Shown one piece after another: positions 1 through 9,009 of a stretch of 64,000 bases of DNA (positions are counted from its first letter, which is position 1; each line of letters starts with the position of its first letter). A program made the position numbers and the translations under genes. The stretch covers positions 1 through 64,000 of IMG/VR virus record IMGVR_UViG_3300034073_005389. The stretch is one strand, 5' to 3'. The notes under the pieces were generated by a model. That model saw only the letters and a list, made by a program, of their open reading frames with translations, made no database searches and was not told where the DNA came from.

Positions 1-363
1 ATGATAGTATTAATATTACAAATATTAGTTTCTTTATATTTATTATTTTTAGTATTGGGAACAGCATCTCAATATAAGATAAAGCTAAATATACATAATG
101 TTTCTTTTGGTATTTTAATGGGGGTATTATTAATTACCTCTATAGTGTATTGCTATAAGAATTTTTCTAATTACATATATATTGGAATGGGGATAGGTAT
201 TATTTCAGAGATTTTAAATTTCTTTAAAATAAGAAATGCGCCAGAAATAGGGGTTTTGCAGAAATGGGCTACATTTTTGGTATGTGTTTTTTTCTGGCCG
301 CAGGCATTAACTTTTGTATTTTACATTTACAAAAATTATCAATATATCGATGCGAATTCTTAG
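1..363 (+). CDS. Hypothetical membrane protein (about 4 hydrophobic segments); may start at or before the window edge
   Basis: 120 aa ORF dominated by hydrophobic stretches; no family recognised. Confidence 0.55.
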   Translation: MIVLILQILVSLYLLFLVLGTASQYKIKLNIHNVSFGILMGVLLITSIVYCYKNFSNYIYIGMGIGIISEILNFFKIRNAPEIGVLQKWATFLVCVFFWPQALTFVFYIYKNYQYIDANS

Positions 364-1024
364 TCCTGAAAATTGGTATTCTCGTTTAGAGAGGCAGATA
401 AAGTTATTTGAGGCTCACATGGAGGTAAAGGAGTTTTCTTTTATTGCTAAGAGCTGTAAATTAAAGCCATATGATATTATTTATAAAAAAGCTAAATTTG
501 ATTTAAATTTACATAAGCATTGGGTAGATGAATATGGAAACAGTATTGTTATTGGAAGAAATGGTAAATTAAAAATAGAATACAATTCTCTTTTAGTAGA
601 GAGAAATAAGATTGTCAATACGGATTTGTATTATAATTTATCTTTAGACAAGGTAGTTAAGATTAGTAAATTGGCTTATATTTTTTGTGGAAAAGAAGAT
701 ATACAAGAAGAAAGTTGTATTTATTTATCTTTTTTGGGACTGGATAATTGTTTAAGGTGTTATTATTATATGCACCAGGAATGGAGACAAGTATCTCCAT
801 TATGCATTGGTTTATTTAATTTAAAAATGATAGCAAATAACTTAGACATTAAATATTATTTAACTTTTAAGTCTAATAATTTAAATTTACCGCCGTATTG
901 CATTTCTGGTACAGGATGGATAACATCTTTACCGATGCCGGAGGCAATATTAAAAGAGTTAACGTTACACAGCAACAATGTAATTAACAATGTTTTATTT
1001 GAAAGGAAACAAATTAATCAATGA
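350..1024 (+). CDS. Hypothetical protein (about 224 aa)
   Basis: Track ORF 314..1024; I place the start at the ATG at 350 (MRILSPENWY); its stop overlaps the infA start (ATGA). Confidence 0.6.
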   Translation: MRILSPENWYSRLERQIKLFEAHMEVKEFSFIAKSCKLKPYDIIYKKAKFDLNLHKHWVDEYGNSIVIGRNGKLKIEYNSLLVERNKIVNTDLYYNLSLDKVVKISKLAYIFCGKEDIQEESCIYLSFLGLDNCLRCYYYMHQEWRQVSPLCIGLFNLKMIANNLDIKYYLTFKSNNLNLPPYCISGTGWITSLPMPEAILKELTLHSNNVINNVLFERKQINQ

Positions 1025-1245
1025 GTAACACTGATAAAATGGAGTTTGAGGGAGAAGTAATTGATTCTTGCAAGGGAAAGTTCAAAGTACGCATTACTGA
1101 TGCTTTAACAGTACTTTGCACTTTAAGTGGCAAGATTCGAATGAATTCGGTAAAGATTTTAGTGGGCGATAAGGTAAAGGTAGAGGTATCAGAATATGAT
1201 ACTTCTCAGGGTAGGATTACTTATCGGGTAAAAAATATGCAATAG
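1021..1245 (+). CDS. infA: Translation initiation factor IF-1
   Basis: EGEVID...LCTLSGKIRMNSVKILVGDKVKVEVSEYDTSQGRITYR matches the IF-1 S1/OB-fold signature; 74 aa. Confidence 0.95.
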   Translation: MSNTDKMEFEGEVIDSCKGKFKVRITDALTVLCTLSGKIRMNSVKILVGDKVKVEVSEYDTSQGRITYRVKNMQ

Positions 1246-2329
1246 TGCCAAGTTGCATAGCTCTTTTTATAATATTTTTTCTTCTTTGTTGCATAACAGA
1301 TGAAATGCTTTCTAGCATTTGGTCTATTTTTTTTACGTATTCTTTTTCTTTTTCTGTTATGGAAGCAGTAGGTTTAGTGGATGTTGTTGGCTCTGGCTTA
1401 ACATCTACTTTATCTATTGTTTTTTTATCTTCAGGTTTTTTAGGTTTTGCTTCATCTTTTTCTTCAGGGGGTAATTTTGCGATAGGGGATGTAGGAATGG
1501 CGCCTCTGGGACCTATTGGATTTTTAATAGCTTGAGGAGTTTCTTTGTACATTTCTAAAGCTTTATCAGAATCAATTTCTCCTACAGGCTTACCATTTTC
1601 TATTATAGTGGCAGTACCGGCAGTACCTCTGAAAGCAGTAAGATATTCAGGACCATAGTTGCTAGAAACATGTCCAGAAGCTCCTTGACCAGAGGCTCCT
1701 CCTTGAATAGGAACTCCATCTGGAGTAAAAGCGCCTACAAAGTGAACTCTATCTTCAAATCCTTTTACTGGTTTTGTATATTCTTTAAAAAAACCAGAAG
1801 TAATTTCATTAGGTTGTACATTTTTAGCAGCTAATTCTTGCTGATATTTATCGGCGTAATTTTGAATAAAAGGATCATAGGTTACACCTTTATCTACTAC
1901 TTCTTTGCCGGTATATTTTTTACCATCAACAGTAACGCCTGTACCGCTTAAAGGTTTAGCCGGTATTTTTTTATCTGCTTTTTGATGAATTAATCTAACC
2001 ATATCTGCTGCAGGCAGATCTATGCCATAGTGTGCAGCTAAACTTCTACTGGTATTATACGCTAAAGGAACAGGTCTACCTTCTATAGAAAGTACATTAG
2101 GCATTACTTTAAATTGTAATTTTTTGTTACCTTCTAAGGGTACTTCTAAAGGAACCATCATTTTTTGCATAGCTTCTTTAGAATAAATAGATTTAATAGA
2201 TTGTAAAATAAAGTTTTCCCTAGCTGGACCAGGGCTTTTGTAAGTAGTATTTAATTGCTCCCAAAAACTTTTACCTGCTTTAGCTTCTGGTTTAACTTCT
2301 GGTTTAACTTCTGGCTTAGTTTCTGGCAT
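1217..2329 (-). CDS. Hypothetical protein; divergent paralog of 2331..3086 with low-complexity Lys/Glu/Pro-rich termini
   Basis: Core VLSIEG..VPL....S..LA.HY...LP...MV..I.QKA...P.PL aligns by eye with the neighbour's YLSIG....PM....A..IA.KY...L.T..MV..IWKQ....P.P. Confidence 0.65.
   Translation of the reverse strand: MPETKPEVKPEVKPEAKAGKSFWEQLNTTYKSPGPARENFILQSIKSIYSKEAMQKMMVPLEVPLEGNKKLQFKVMPNVLSIEGRPVPLAYNTSRSLAAHYGIDLPAADMVRLIHQKADKKIPAKPLSGTGVTVDGKKYTGKEVVDKGVTYDPFIQNYADKYQQELAAKNVQPNEITSGFFKEYTKPVKGFEDRVHFVGAFTPDGVPIQGGASGQGASGHVSSNYGPEYLTAFRGTAGTATIIENGKPVGEIDSDKALEMYKETPQAIKNPIGPRGAIPTSPIAKLPPEEKDEAKPKKPEDKKTIDKVDVKPEPTTSTKPTASITEKEKEYVKKIDQMLESISSVMQQRRKNIIKRAMQLGTIAYFLPDK
2279..2329. 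repeat. Four imperfect 12-bp tandem repeats encoding (PE[TVA]K)x4
   Basis: tttagcttctgg tttaacttctgg tttaacttctgg cttagtttctgg at the 5' end of the 370 aa ORF. Confidence 0.85.
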
Positions 2330-2330
2330 A

Positions 2331-3086
2331 TTAGTATCTCAAAAAAGTTAAAGGTCCTTCATCACTAATCAAGCTCCAAAGAGATTTATCTTTAAATACA
2401 TCTTGTATTCTCATTGGCTTTTCATTTACCATTACATCATTAGCTACTAATCTAATACCGTGACTATAATCTGCGTAAGTATCTTCATGATTTCCGGGTA
2501 ATGGTTGAATAGCCTGACCATTTGCTTGAATCCATCCGTACAAAGCTAATTTTTTATTTGGGTTATTGGGGCTAAATAAATTAGTTAATACTACATCTTT
2601 TTTTTGACCAGAAATAAGAGCAGTAATATCTTTGTCTTTTAGTTGGTCTTGTATTCTTTGATTATGGATGCCATATCTGCTGGTGCTCATCATACTAGCA
2701 TCATATGGTGGACCCCAGGGCAAAGGTTGTAGTTTAATAGTAGATTGTTTCCAGATATCATTGACCATTTTTCTAGTAATCAAAGAGCAATCATATTTAT
2801 CGGCTATTTTTTGAGCAGTCAAAGGATTCATTGGCATTCTAACATAATCTTTATCATTGCCAATAGATAAATAATCAGAAGTAACTAAATAAGTAATAGA
2901 GTTTTTTCCTTCTGTAACTTTAATAGCGGCGAATTTTCTTAAAAAATCAGGAATATTGCCCGACAAAAATTCCTGTAAAATATTCTTTTCTCTATCTGGA
3001 ATAGAGCTATTCATATTATTTGTTATAAATTCCGAGCCAGAACAAGCATTTGGGCTGGATGGAATTAATGTATCAGCTATTGGCAT
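2331..3086 (-). CDS. Conserved hypothetical protein of an uncharacterised family
   Basis: 251 aa; well-formed motifs DYLSIG.D.DYVRMPM.P.TAQ.IAD, SGQKKDVV, YGW...G..IQP, H...Y.DYSHG.RLV resemble a bacterial hypothetical family I recall but cannot name. Confidence 0.7.
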   Translation of the reverse strand: MPIADTLIPSSPNACSGSEFITNNMNSSIPDREKNILQEFLSGNIPDFLRKFAAIKVTEGKNSITYLVTSDYLSIGNDKDYVRMPMNPLTAQKIADKYDCSLITRKMVNDIWKQSTIKLQPLPWGPPYDASMMSTSRYGIHNQRIQDQLKDKDITALISGQKKDVVLTNLFSPNNPNKKLALYGWIQANGQAIQPLPGNHEDTYADYSHGIRLVANDVMVNEKPMRIQDVFKDKSLWSLISDEGPLTFLRY

Positions 3087-3180
3087 GGGACCTCATTCGG
3101 GTAAACTTTATTGGTAGCAGAACAGCTATAAAAAGTTATTATACTAAAGATAACTAAAAAACAAGAAGCAATTATATGTC

Positions 3181-3954
3181 TCATAATAAATTAGGCATTA
3201 AGGTGGGTACCCAGATATCGCTGGTAGTGGGATGTAAAAAATAAGATTGGTCAAACCAAGTATGACCATTTCTACCCCAGTCAGTTCCCCAACTATTTCT
3301 AATATAAAACTGCAAATTATTATTTACTTCTTTTACGCCAGTTACTATCATAGCGTGCAGTCCTACAATTTGCTCAGTGGGAGCAAACCAAGTTTTATCT
3401 GTATTACTATAAGCATATCTTAAAAAGCTATCAGTAACACCTGTACCAAATACAACTGGGTGATTGGCTCGAATGGCAGACTCTATTTCTATTATTCTTT
3501 TTTCACCTGTGGCATTTATTCTATAAAAAGAATGTATGGTATTATCTAATCCTTGTCGATATGCTTCCATGGGTGGTTGGGCAAATACTTTGTTGGTGTT
3601 ATATTCCCAAACTGATTCAGGGCAAACTCCATCTTTAGCTAAAGAGTTAAAAGCATTTCTAATAAAAGTACCTTCATCTTTATCTGTTGATTTATCATAT
3701 AACCTAGCATTCCAATATACAAACAATCTAGATAACTGAACAGGTTTGCCAGACAATCCCATTAATATTTCTAAAGAATCAACGGTTGCATTAGCTACAC
3801 AAGATCCTAAGTTTAATTGATTAGAAACTGGAGTATATTCTTGAATAATATGCTCATTATTTGAGCTAGAGGAAAACTTTTTAATATTTAAGTGAATATC
3901 AGAAAAACTATTATCATTTGTAACATGTTCACTAGGTAAAAAACCAAATTTCAT
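3181..3954 (-). CDS. Papain-like cysteine peptidase (family C1A)
   Basis: NQLNLGSCVANA (oxyanion Gln, catalytic Cys), GLHAM (His), RNSWGTDWG (Asn); ATG at 3954 has a GAGG Shine-Dalgarno upstream (track start 3993 is a TTG). Confidence 0.92.
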   Translation of the reverse strand: MKFGFLPSEHVTNDNSFSDIHLNIKKFSSSSNNEHIIQEYTPVSNQLNLGSCVANATVDSLEILMGLSGKPVQLSRLFVYWNARLYDKSTDKDEGTFIRNAFNSLAKDGVCPESVWEYNTNKVFAQPPMEAYRQGLDNTIHSFYRINATGEKRIIEIESAIRANHPVVFGTGVTDSFLRYAYSNTDKTWFAPTEQIVGLHAMIVTGVKEVNNNLQFYIRNSWGTDWGRNGHTWFDQSYFLHPTTSDIWVPTLMPNLL

Positions 3955-3961
3955 ATTTACC

Positions 3962-4321
3962 TCAAGGTTTGGCAGTTCCAGTACATACATCAATATAGCT
4001 ACAAGTTGTTTTCTCTGTTACCTCTGTAGCTAAACATTTTGGATTTAAAAACACTCCATCTTTGTGTTTTTGTTCACAAAATTGAGTAAAATTCAAACCC
4101 TTTTTAGTATAAGGCTGATCGTCTGGTATGCATTCTAATTGTTGTAAATTAATTTCAGCTGCCTGACACCACTCTGTATCTTGTACTACTGGAGTAGGTT
4201 GTGGCGGTACGTAAGTATTATTGGGGCAACTATTTAAAGAAATAATTATAATAATTACAATTAGCATGACTACAAATGCTATTATTGGTTTAATTTTTGT
4301 TTCAAAAGTTTCTGTATCCAT
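3962..4321 (-). CDS. Putative Cys-rich lipoprotein / membrane-anchored protein
   Basis: From ATG 4321: basic residues, hydrophobic h-region, then a lipobox-like SLNS-C; several further Cys. Confidence 0.55.
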   Translation of the reverse strand: MDTETFETKIKPIIAFVVMLIVIIIIISLNSCPNNTYVPPQPTPVVQDTEWCQAAEINLQQLECIPDDQPYTKKGLNFTQFCEQKHKDGVFLNPKCLATEVTEKTTCSYIDVCTGTAKP

Positions 4322-4349
4322 AATACAAATATGCTGTTTTTTTAGTAGC

Positions 4350-4377
4350 TTGACAAATAAACTACTTGATATAATAT
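4350..4377 (+). promoter_or_regulatory. Sigma-70-type promoter for the IMPDH/GMPR-thyA-folA operon
   Basis: TTGACA (4350-4355)-N16-TAATAT (4372-4377); also contains a perfect extended -10 TGATATAAT; GAGG SD before the ATG at 4397. Confidence 0.75.
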
Positions 4378-4396
4378 ACAAGTTGAGGATTTAATT

Positions 4397-5428
4397 ATGG
4401 TAAAATTTTTAGAAAGTTTAAGTTTTAACGATGTGTTACTGCAACCTAAATATTCTACTATCACTTCTAGAAGTGATGTAGATCTTTCTGTTTCATTAAA
4501 AAATTTTAAATTTGAGATACCTTTGTTACCAGCTAACATGGCAAGCTTAGTTGGTGAGCAAATGTGTGAATTTATGTATCAACATAAAGGTATGGCTTTG
4601 CTTCATCGCTTTGAGTCTACAAAAAATACAATTAGTGTATTTGATAATCTAAAATGTAAATACGGAAAAGATATTTATAATTACATTGGCGTATCAGTTG
4701 GTGTAAAAAAAGAAGATTATGAGTTAGTTGATATTTATTACAATTTAGGAATCAAGATTATGGTAGTTGATGTGGCTCATGGAGACCATATCAATTGCAT
4801 AAATATGACTCGCTATATTAGTGAAAAATATCCAGGAGTATTGTTAATTTCTGGTAATGTAGCTACTGGCACTGGAGCTTTAAATCTATGGAAAGCTGGA
4901 GCAGATATCGTAAAAGTAAATGTTGGTGCTGGTAGCTTATGTACTACTAGAGTAGAAACTGGTGCTGGCGTAGCGCAATTATCAGCTTTATTAGATGTTT
5001 GGGAGATGAAATCTTATGCTGAAAATACACTAAATAAAGTATTATATGTTATGTCAGATGGTGGCATGACATATGTAGGAGATTTAGTAAAAAGCCTGTG
5101 TTTCTCTGACATTGCTATGTCTGGACATTTCTTTGCTGGTACAGAAGAGACGCCAGGAGAAGTAGTAGAATACAATGGGACATTGGTAAAAGGTTACAAC
5201 GGAAGCTCTACGCATAAGACCAATCACGTAGAGGGCGTAAAGAGTTATGTCAAATATCGCGGTCCAATGAGTAAAGAATTGCAAAAAATTTTAGAAGGAT
5301 TAAGATCTGGGTGTAGCTATCAGGGCGCTCATAATTTAAGTGAATTGAAGAATAATCCTGTTTTATGTAAGATTACTCATGCTGGTTTGATTGAAAGCCA
5401 TCCTCACAATGTAATTGTGTTAAAATAA
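4397..5428 (+). CDS. IMP dehydrogenase / GMP reductase family enzyme, no CBS domain
   Basis: LSFNDVLLQP, DVAHG, GNVATG, catalytic loop VGAGSLCTTR, SDGG, GLRSGCSYQGA. Confidence 0.9.
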   Translation: MVKFLESLSFNDVLLQPKYSTITSRSDVDLSVSLKNFKFEIPLLPANMASLVGEQMCEFMYQHKGMALLHRFESTKNTISVFDNLKCKYGKDIYNYIGVSVGVKKEDYELVDIYYNLGIKIMVVDVAHGDHINCINMTRYISEKYPGVLLISGNVATGTGALNLWKAGADIVKVNVGAGSLCTTRVETGAGVAQLSALLDVWEMKSYAENTLNKVLYVMSDGGMTYVGDLVKSLCFSDIAMSGHFFAGTEETPGEVVEYNGTLVKGYNGSSTHKTNHVEGVKSYVKYRGPMSKELQKILEGLRSGCSYQGAHNLSELKNNPVLCKITHAGLIESHPHNVIVLK

Positions 5429-5437
5429 AGGAATAAT

Positions 5438-6277
5438 ATGAATACAGAAGAGCAGTTTTATCTAAATTTGTTAGATTATACTATAAAAGCTGGAATAGAT
5501 CAATCCGACAGAACCGGAGTAGGAACTAAAAGTTTATGTGGTGCAATGTTAAGATTTTCATTGCAAGATAATACGTTGCCCTTATTAACAACCAAGAAGA
5601 TGTTTGCTCGTGGAATAGTTGAAGAATTATTGTTCTTTATCCGAGGAGAAACAAATTCTAAAAAATTAGAAGAAAAGGGTGTTAATATCTGGAAGGGTAA
5701 TACCAGCAGAGAGTTTTTGGATAAAAGAGGTTTATTGGATTATCCTGAAGGTGAGATGGGACCTATGTATGGCTACTTGTGGAGAAATTTCCATGGAGTA
5801 GACCAGTTAAGAAACTGCCTAGAACTAATTAAAAAAGATCCGTCTAGTCGTAGGATTATGGTGACGGCGTATGATCCATCCTTATCTGAGGGGTGTGTAT
5901 TAGACCCTTGTCATTTATTTTTTCAGTTTCACGTACAAAATAATAAATTAAGTTTGCAATGGTATCAGCGTTCTGTAGACATGTTTTTAGGATTACCTTT
6001 TAACATTTGCAGTTATGGTATTTTGTTACATTTATTTGCAAAAGCTGCTGGTTTAGAAACTGGTGATTTAATTTTTAATGGTGGCAACATACATATTTAT
6101 AATAATCACATTGAACAATGTGAAAAGCAAATAACTAGAGTTCCTAAAGAATTTCCTAAATTAATAATTAAAAAAGAAATTAGTTCTATAGAAGATATGG
6201 AAAAATTAGTTTTTGAAGACTTTGAGATAACAGGATATGATCCTTTTCCAGCGATTAAAGCGGAGATGGCTGTATGA
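5438..6277 (+). CDS. thyA: Thymidylate synthase
   Basis: DRTGVGT, LLTTKK, GPMYG, PCH catalytic Cys, YQRSVDMFLGLPFN (dUMP-specifying Asn), HIYNNH. Confidence 0.97.
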   Translation: MNTEEQFYLNLLDYTIKAGIDQSDRTGVGTKSLCGAMLRFSLQDNTLPLLTTKKMFARGIVEELLFFIRGETNSKKLEEKGVNIWKGNTSREFLDKRGLLDYPEGEMGPMYGYLWRNFHGVDQLRNCLELIKKDPSSRRIMVTAYDPSLSEGCVLDPCHLFFQFHVQNNKLSLQWYQRSVDMFLGLPFNICSYGILLHLFAKAAGLETGDLIFNGGNIHIYNNHIEQCEKQITRVPKEFPKLIIKKEISSIEDMEKLVFEDFEITGYDPFPAIKAEMAV

Positions 6278-6744
6278 TTAGAATAATTGCGGCATGCTCT
6301 AGTAATGGAGTTATTGGCGTAGATAACAAAATTCCATTTTATTATTCAGAAGACTTGCAACATTTTAGAAAGTCTACCAACAATGGAGTTGTTATTATGG
6401 GTCGTAAGACTTTTGAAAGCATAGGTAGCAAACCATTGCCCAACAGAAAAAATATAGTTATTACTAGAAATAGTATTGAAAATATAGAGACGTGCGCTTC
6501 TTTAAAAGAAGCGCTAGATAGATTAGATAAATTAGAAGATATTTGGCTGATTGGGGGAGCGAATATTTATCAAGAGGGAATGAAATATGCGGAAGAGATA
6601 GTATTAACTATTACTCCAGATCATATTGAGAATGATAATAGTATCAGGTTTCCTTGGATTAATCCTTTGCTTTTCCGTGTAAGAGAAGAAAGAACATTTA
6701 TTGAAAGTCCAATAAAAATCATGTATTATAAAAAATTACATTAA
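6274..6744 (+). CDS. folA: Dihydrofolate reductase
   Basis: IAACSSNGVIG, VIMGRKTFESIG.KPLPNRKNIVITR, IGGANIY; ATGA overlap with thyA. Confidence 0.96.
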   Translation: MIRIIAACSSNGVIGVDNKIPFYYSEDLQHFRKSTNNGVVIMGRKTFESIGSKPLPNRKNIVITRNSIENIETCASLKEALDRLDKLEDIWLIGGANIYQEGMKYAEEIVLTITPDHIENDNSIRFPWINPLLFRVREERTFIESPIKIMYYKKLH

Positions 6745-7434
6745 AAATTTTGTAATCCTATTATATAAGGCAGCTGCTTTATATAGAGTTTTTATTTGAT
6801 TAGAGAATTGCAAAGGATGTGATGCCTTTGCTTTTTTTTTGGGCTTACTAAATTTTTCTTTATTGTATGGAGGTACATCAAAAAACTTACCTGGATCTAC
6901 AATATTTTCATTTTCCCAGACTTGAAAGTGCAAGTGAGGAGTAGTGCCTTGAGCATTTCCGGTCATTCCAACGGTAGCAATTTGAGTATTTTTATCTACT
7001 TCTTGCTTGGGTCTTACTAATACTTGATCGCAATGAGCATAAAAAGTTTTTACATTATTAGCATGCTGAATACTTAAGCTATTTCCAGATTTACCTCCAG
7101 ACCCTACCTTGATAACAATACCAGCTTCCATGGGATAAATAGGAGTGCCCATTGGAGCTGCCAAATCAATTCCATGATGACCTCCTAAATGCCTTTCATC
7201 AGTGGCTGCTCCAGGAGAAAAATCTCCTAAATTATCCCAGTCTGCCTTAATGGGGCATTGATATCCTGAAGACATGTCACTTAATAAATCTTCTTTTTTA
7301 TCTGATAATTCTAAATCAGGAACATCAGATACTCCAGAGAACAAGGTACTAACAGATTGTTGTAAATCTTCAATATCTTTTTCTGATAATAATTCTGGGT
7401 CTAAATCTTGATCTAAAAATGAAATTTTTTTCAT
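6736..7434 (-). CDS. M23 family metallo-endopeptidase (peptidoglycan hydrolase)
   Basis: HHGIDLAAPMGTPI (HxxxD), TFYAHC, PHLHFQV (HxH); acidic N-terminus with no signal peptide. Confidence 0.9.
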   Translation of the reverse strand: MKKISFLDQDLDPELLSEKDIEDLQQSVSTLFSGVSDVPDLELSDKKEDLLSDMSSGYQCPIKADWDNLGDFSPGAATDERHLGGHHGIDLAAPMGTPIYPMEAGIVIKVGSGGKSGNSLSIQHANNVKTFYAHCDQVLVRPKQEVDKNTQIATVGMTGNAQGTTPHLHFQVWENENIVDPGKFFDVPPYNKEKFSKPKKKAKASHPLQFSNQIKTLYKAAALYNRITKFLM

Positions 7435-7464
7435 ATTATGAATGCAAATTTATATACTATAAAA

Positions 7465-7493
7465 ACAAAAAAGCCCGAAATTATTCGGGCTTT
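7465..7493 (-). terminator. Intrinsic terminator downstream of the macro-domain gene
   Basis: aaagcccgaa/ttcgggcttt stem followed by a U-tract on the minus strand. Confidence 0.8.
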
Positions 7494-7513
7494 ATAAAAA
7501 TATTTAATATTTT

Positions 7514-8008
7514 TCATTCTTCATATACTGATACATTTACGCCTTGGTTTACTAAATGTGGCACTAATAAAGAAGAAAGTTCTGGCACTGCTTGTAGCAG
7601 TAGGTTACTGACATGTACACTGGCTTTTTCGTATTTAGCACTTGCACATACTTTTTTTAAGCACTCTTCTAACGCTTTGGTGTCTACTTCAAGATTTTCA
7701 TCTTGGCAAAGCATATGAATTACCCATGTATCGCTTTGTACTGCCGTAGTATTGGTTACGCCTAATTTATAGGCACCTGTTTTAGTAGCATACCATCCTT
7801 TTGCTTCTTCTTTTACTTTTTTCCATCTTTTTTCAAAAAGAGGATAAAGCGGATGGTTATCATGTTTCCCAGCCATATTAGTCACACTAAGTATAAATCT
7901 TAGTCCCGCATTTTCTGGAGCTAAAATAGTGCCTTTAATGGTTTTGAGTTTGCCTGGAGTTTGAAACTTGCTTACATTATCTGTTACTGTTATTTGTAAT
8001 TTACTCAT
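7514..8008 (-). CDS. Macro-domain-like protein (Poa1p/DarG-like fold) with degenerate glycine loops
   Basis: LKTIKG..LAP, F....KRW......WY, .LG....V..DTWV.HML.Q, AL..CL..V...A....ASVH, .GV.V.VY follow the layout of small phage/bacterial macro domains. Confidence 0.6.
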   Translation of the reverse strand: MSKLQITVTDNVSKFQTPGKLKTIKGTILAPENAGLRFILSVTNMAGKHDNHPLYPLFEKRWKKVKEEAKGWYATKTGAYKLGVTNTTAVQSDTWVIHMLCQDENLEVDTKALEECLKKVCASAKYEKASVHVSNLLLQAVPELSSLLVPHLVNQGVNVSVYEE

Positions 8009-9009
8009 GATATTCCTTGCAAATTAAAAAAATTATCTATTTCTTGATGTAGATAGTTGACATTACTATTATAACTAGCCTTTATATTATTTTCAATATC
8101 TAATTCTGTTTCATTGTAGTTTATAATTTTACATAAATCAAATTTTTCAGCATACAAAGAATTTGTAATACAATCTGGGTCTTGATAATTAAATAAGACC
8201 ACTGGCTTTTTATCATTATAAAAAGCATCAGCTAAAAAGCTAGCTTGCCCTTCACAAATAAAAATATTGCAATTTTTTAAATTGCAAAAGTATTCATGTT
8301 GATTTTCAATTTTTTTTAAATGAACATTATTATATTTTTCTTCTATAAAATCTGAAAAGGCTACAACATCTTTGTATTTTTTAATAATATTTAAAATATT
8401 TTTATTAGAAGACAAAAAAGCAGCAACTACATTGTGCTGGCACACTGCAGATATTTTTGATATCTGATGGTAAGGTCTTATCCATTCATATTCTGGAGAT
8501 AATAGCATTGGATTAGAGATATCTCCTAAATGAGAACAAACTAATCTTCTATTAGAATTTTGAATAAAATTATTAATTTTTTGATTTTTAACAGAATTAT
8601 TGCTTAATAAATAAGAAAAATGAGTGTAATTTTTTACACTGTATTTATGTTTTTCTAAAATAGCTTGATTTAGTATTTGAGAAGAATATTGCCACACAGG
8701 TATTTGTAAGTGCATGGCAGCACAAGAAGTAAAGTATTCAAAATCAGAAATTATTAAATCTGGATTGAATATTTTAATTTGCTCTATATAGTTAGAAAAA
8801 TTATCATTATCTAAATATTTTTGAGTTGGGTCATAGACACTGAGTAGTGAGTCTAGGGACCAATCAATATGAATATTAGGAGCAGAATTAATGTAAGATG
8901 CTAATTTAATTATGTATGGTTTATCTTTAACTGCTTCTAGAAACCTATACATTTGTATCTTGGCATTTAAACTATTTCCTGCAGCATAGATAATTTTAAT
9001 TTTTTTCAT
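8005..9009 (-). CDS. GT-B fold glycosyltransferase-like protein (MJ1255-like)
   Basis: N-terminal KIIYAAGN, PDLIISDFEY.T..AA..L.IP, ICEGQASFLADA. Confidence 0.55.
   Translation of the reverse strand: MKKIKIIYAAGNSLNAKIQMYRFLEAVKDKPYIIKLASYINSAPNIHIDWSLDSLLSVYDPTQKYLDNDNFSNYIEQIKIFNPDLIISDFEYFTSCAAMHLQIPVWQYSSQILNQAILEKHKYSVKNYTHFSYLLSNNSVKNQKINNFIQNSNRRLVCSHLGDISNPMLLSPEYEWIRPYHQISKISAVCQHNVVAAFLSSNKNILNIIKKYKDVVAFSDFIEEKYNNVHLKKIENQHEYFCNLKNCNIFICEGQASFLADAFYNDKKPVVLFNYQDPDCITNSLYAEKFDLCKIINYNETELDIENNIKASYNSNVNYLHQEIDNFFNLQGIS

Noticed and set aside
5438-6277. ThyA-like gene as a dCMP/dUMP hydroxymethylase for DNA hypermodification
   Set aside because: It has the dUMP-specifying Asn (GLPFN) and is coupled to DHFR, as expected for a true thymidylate synthase.
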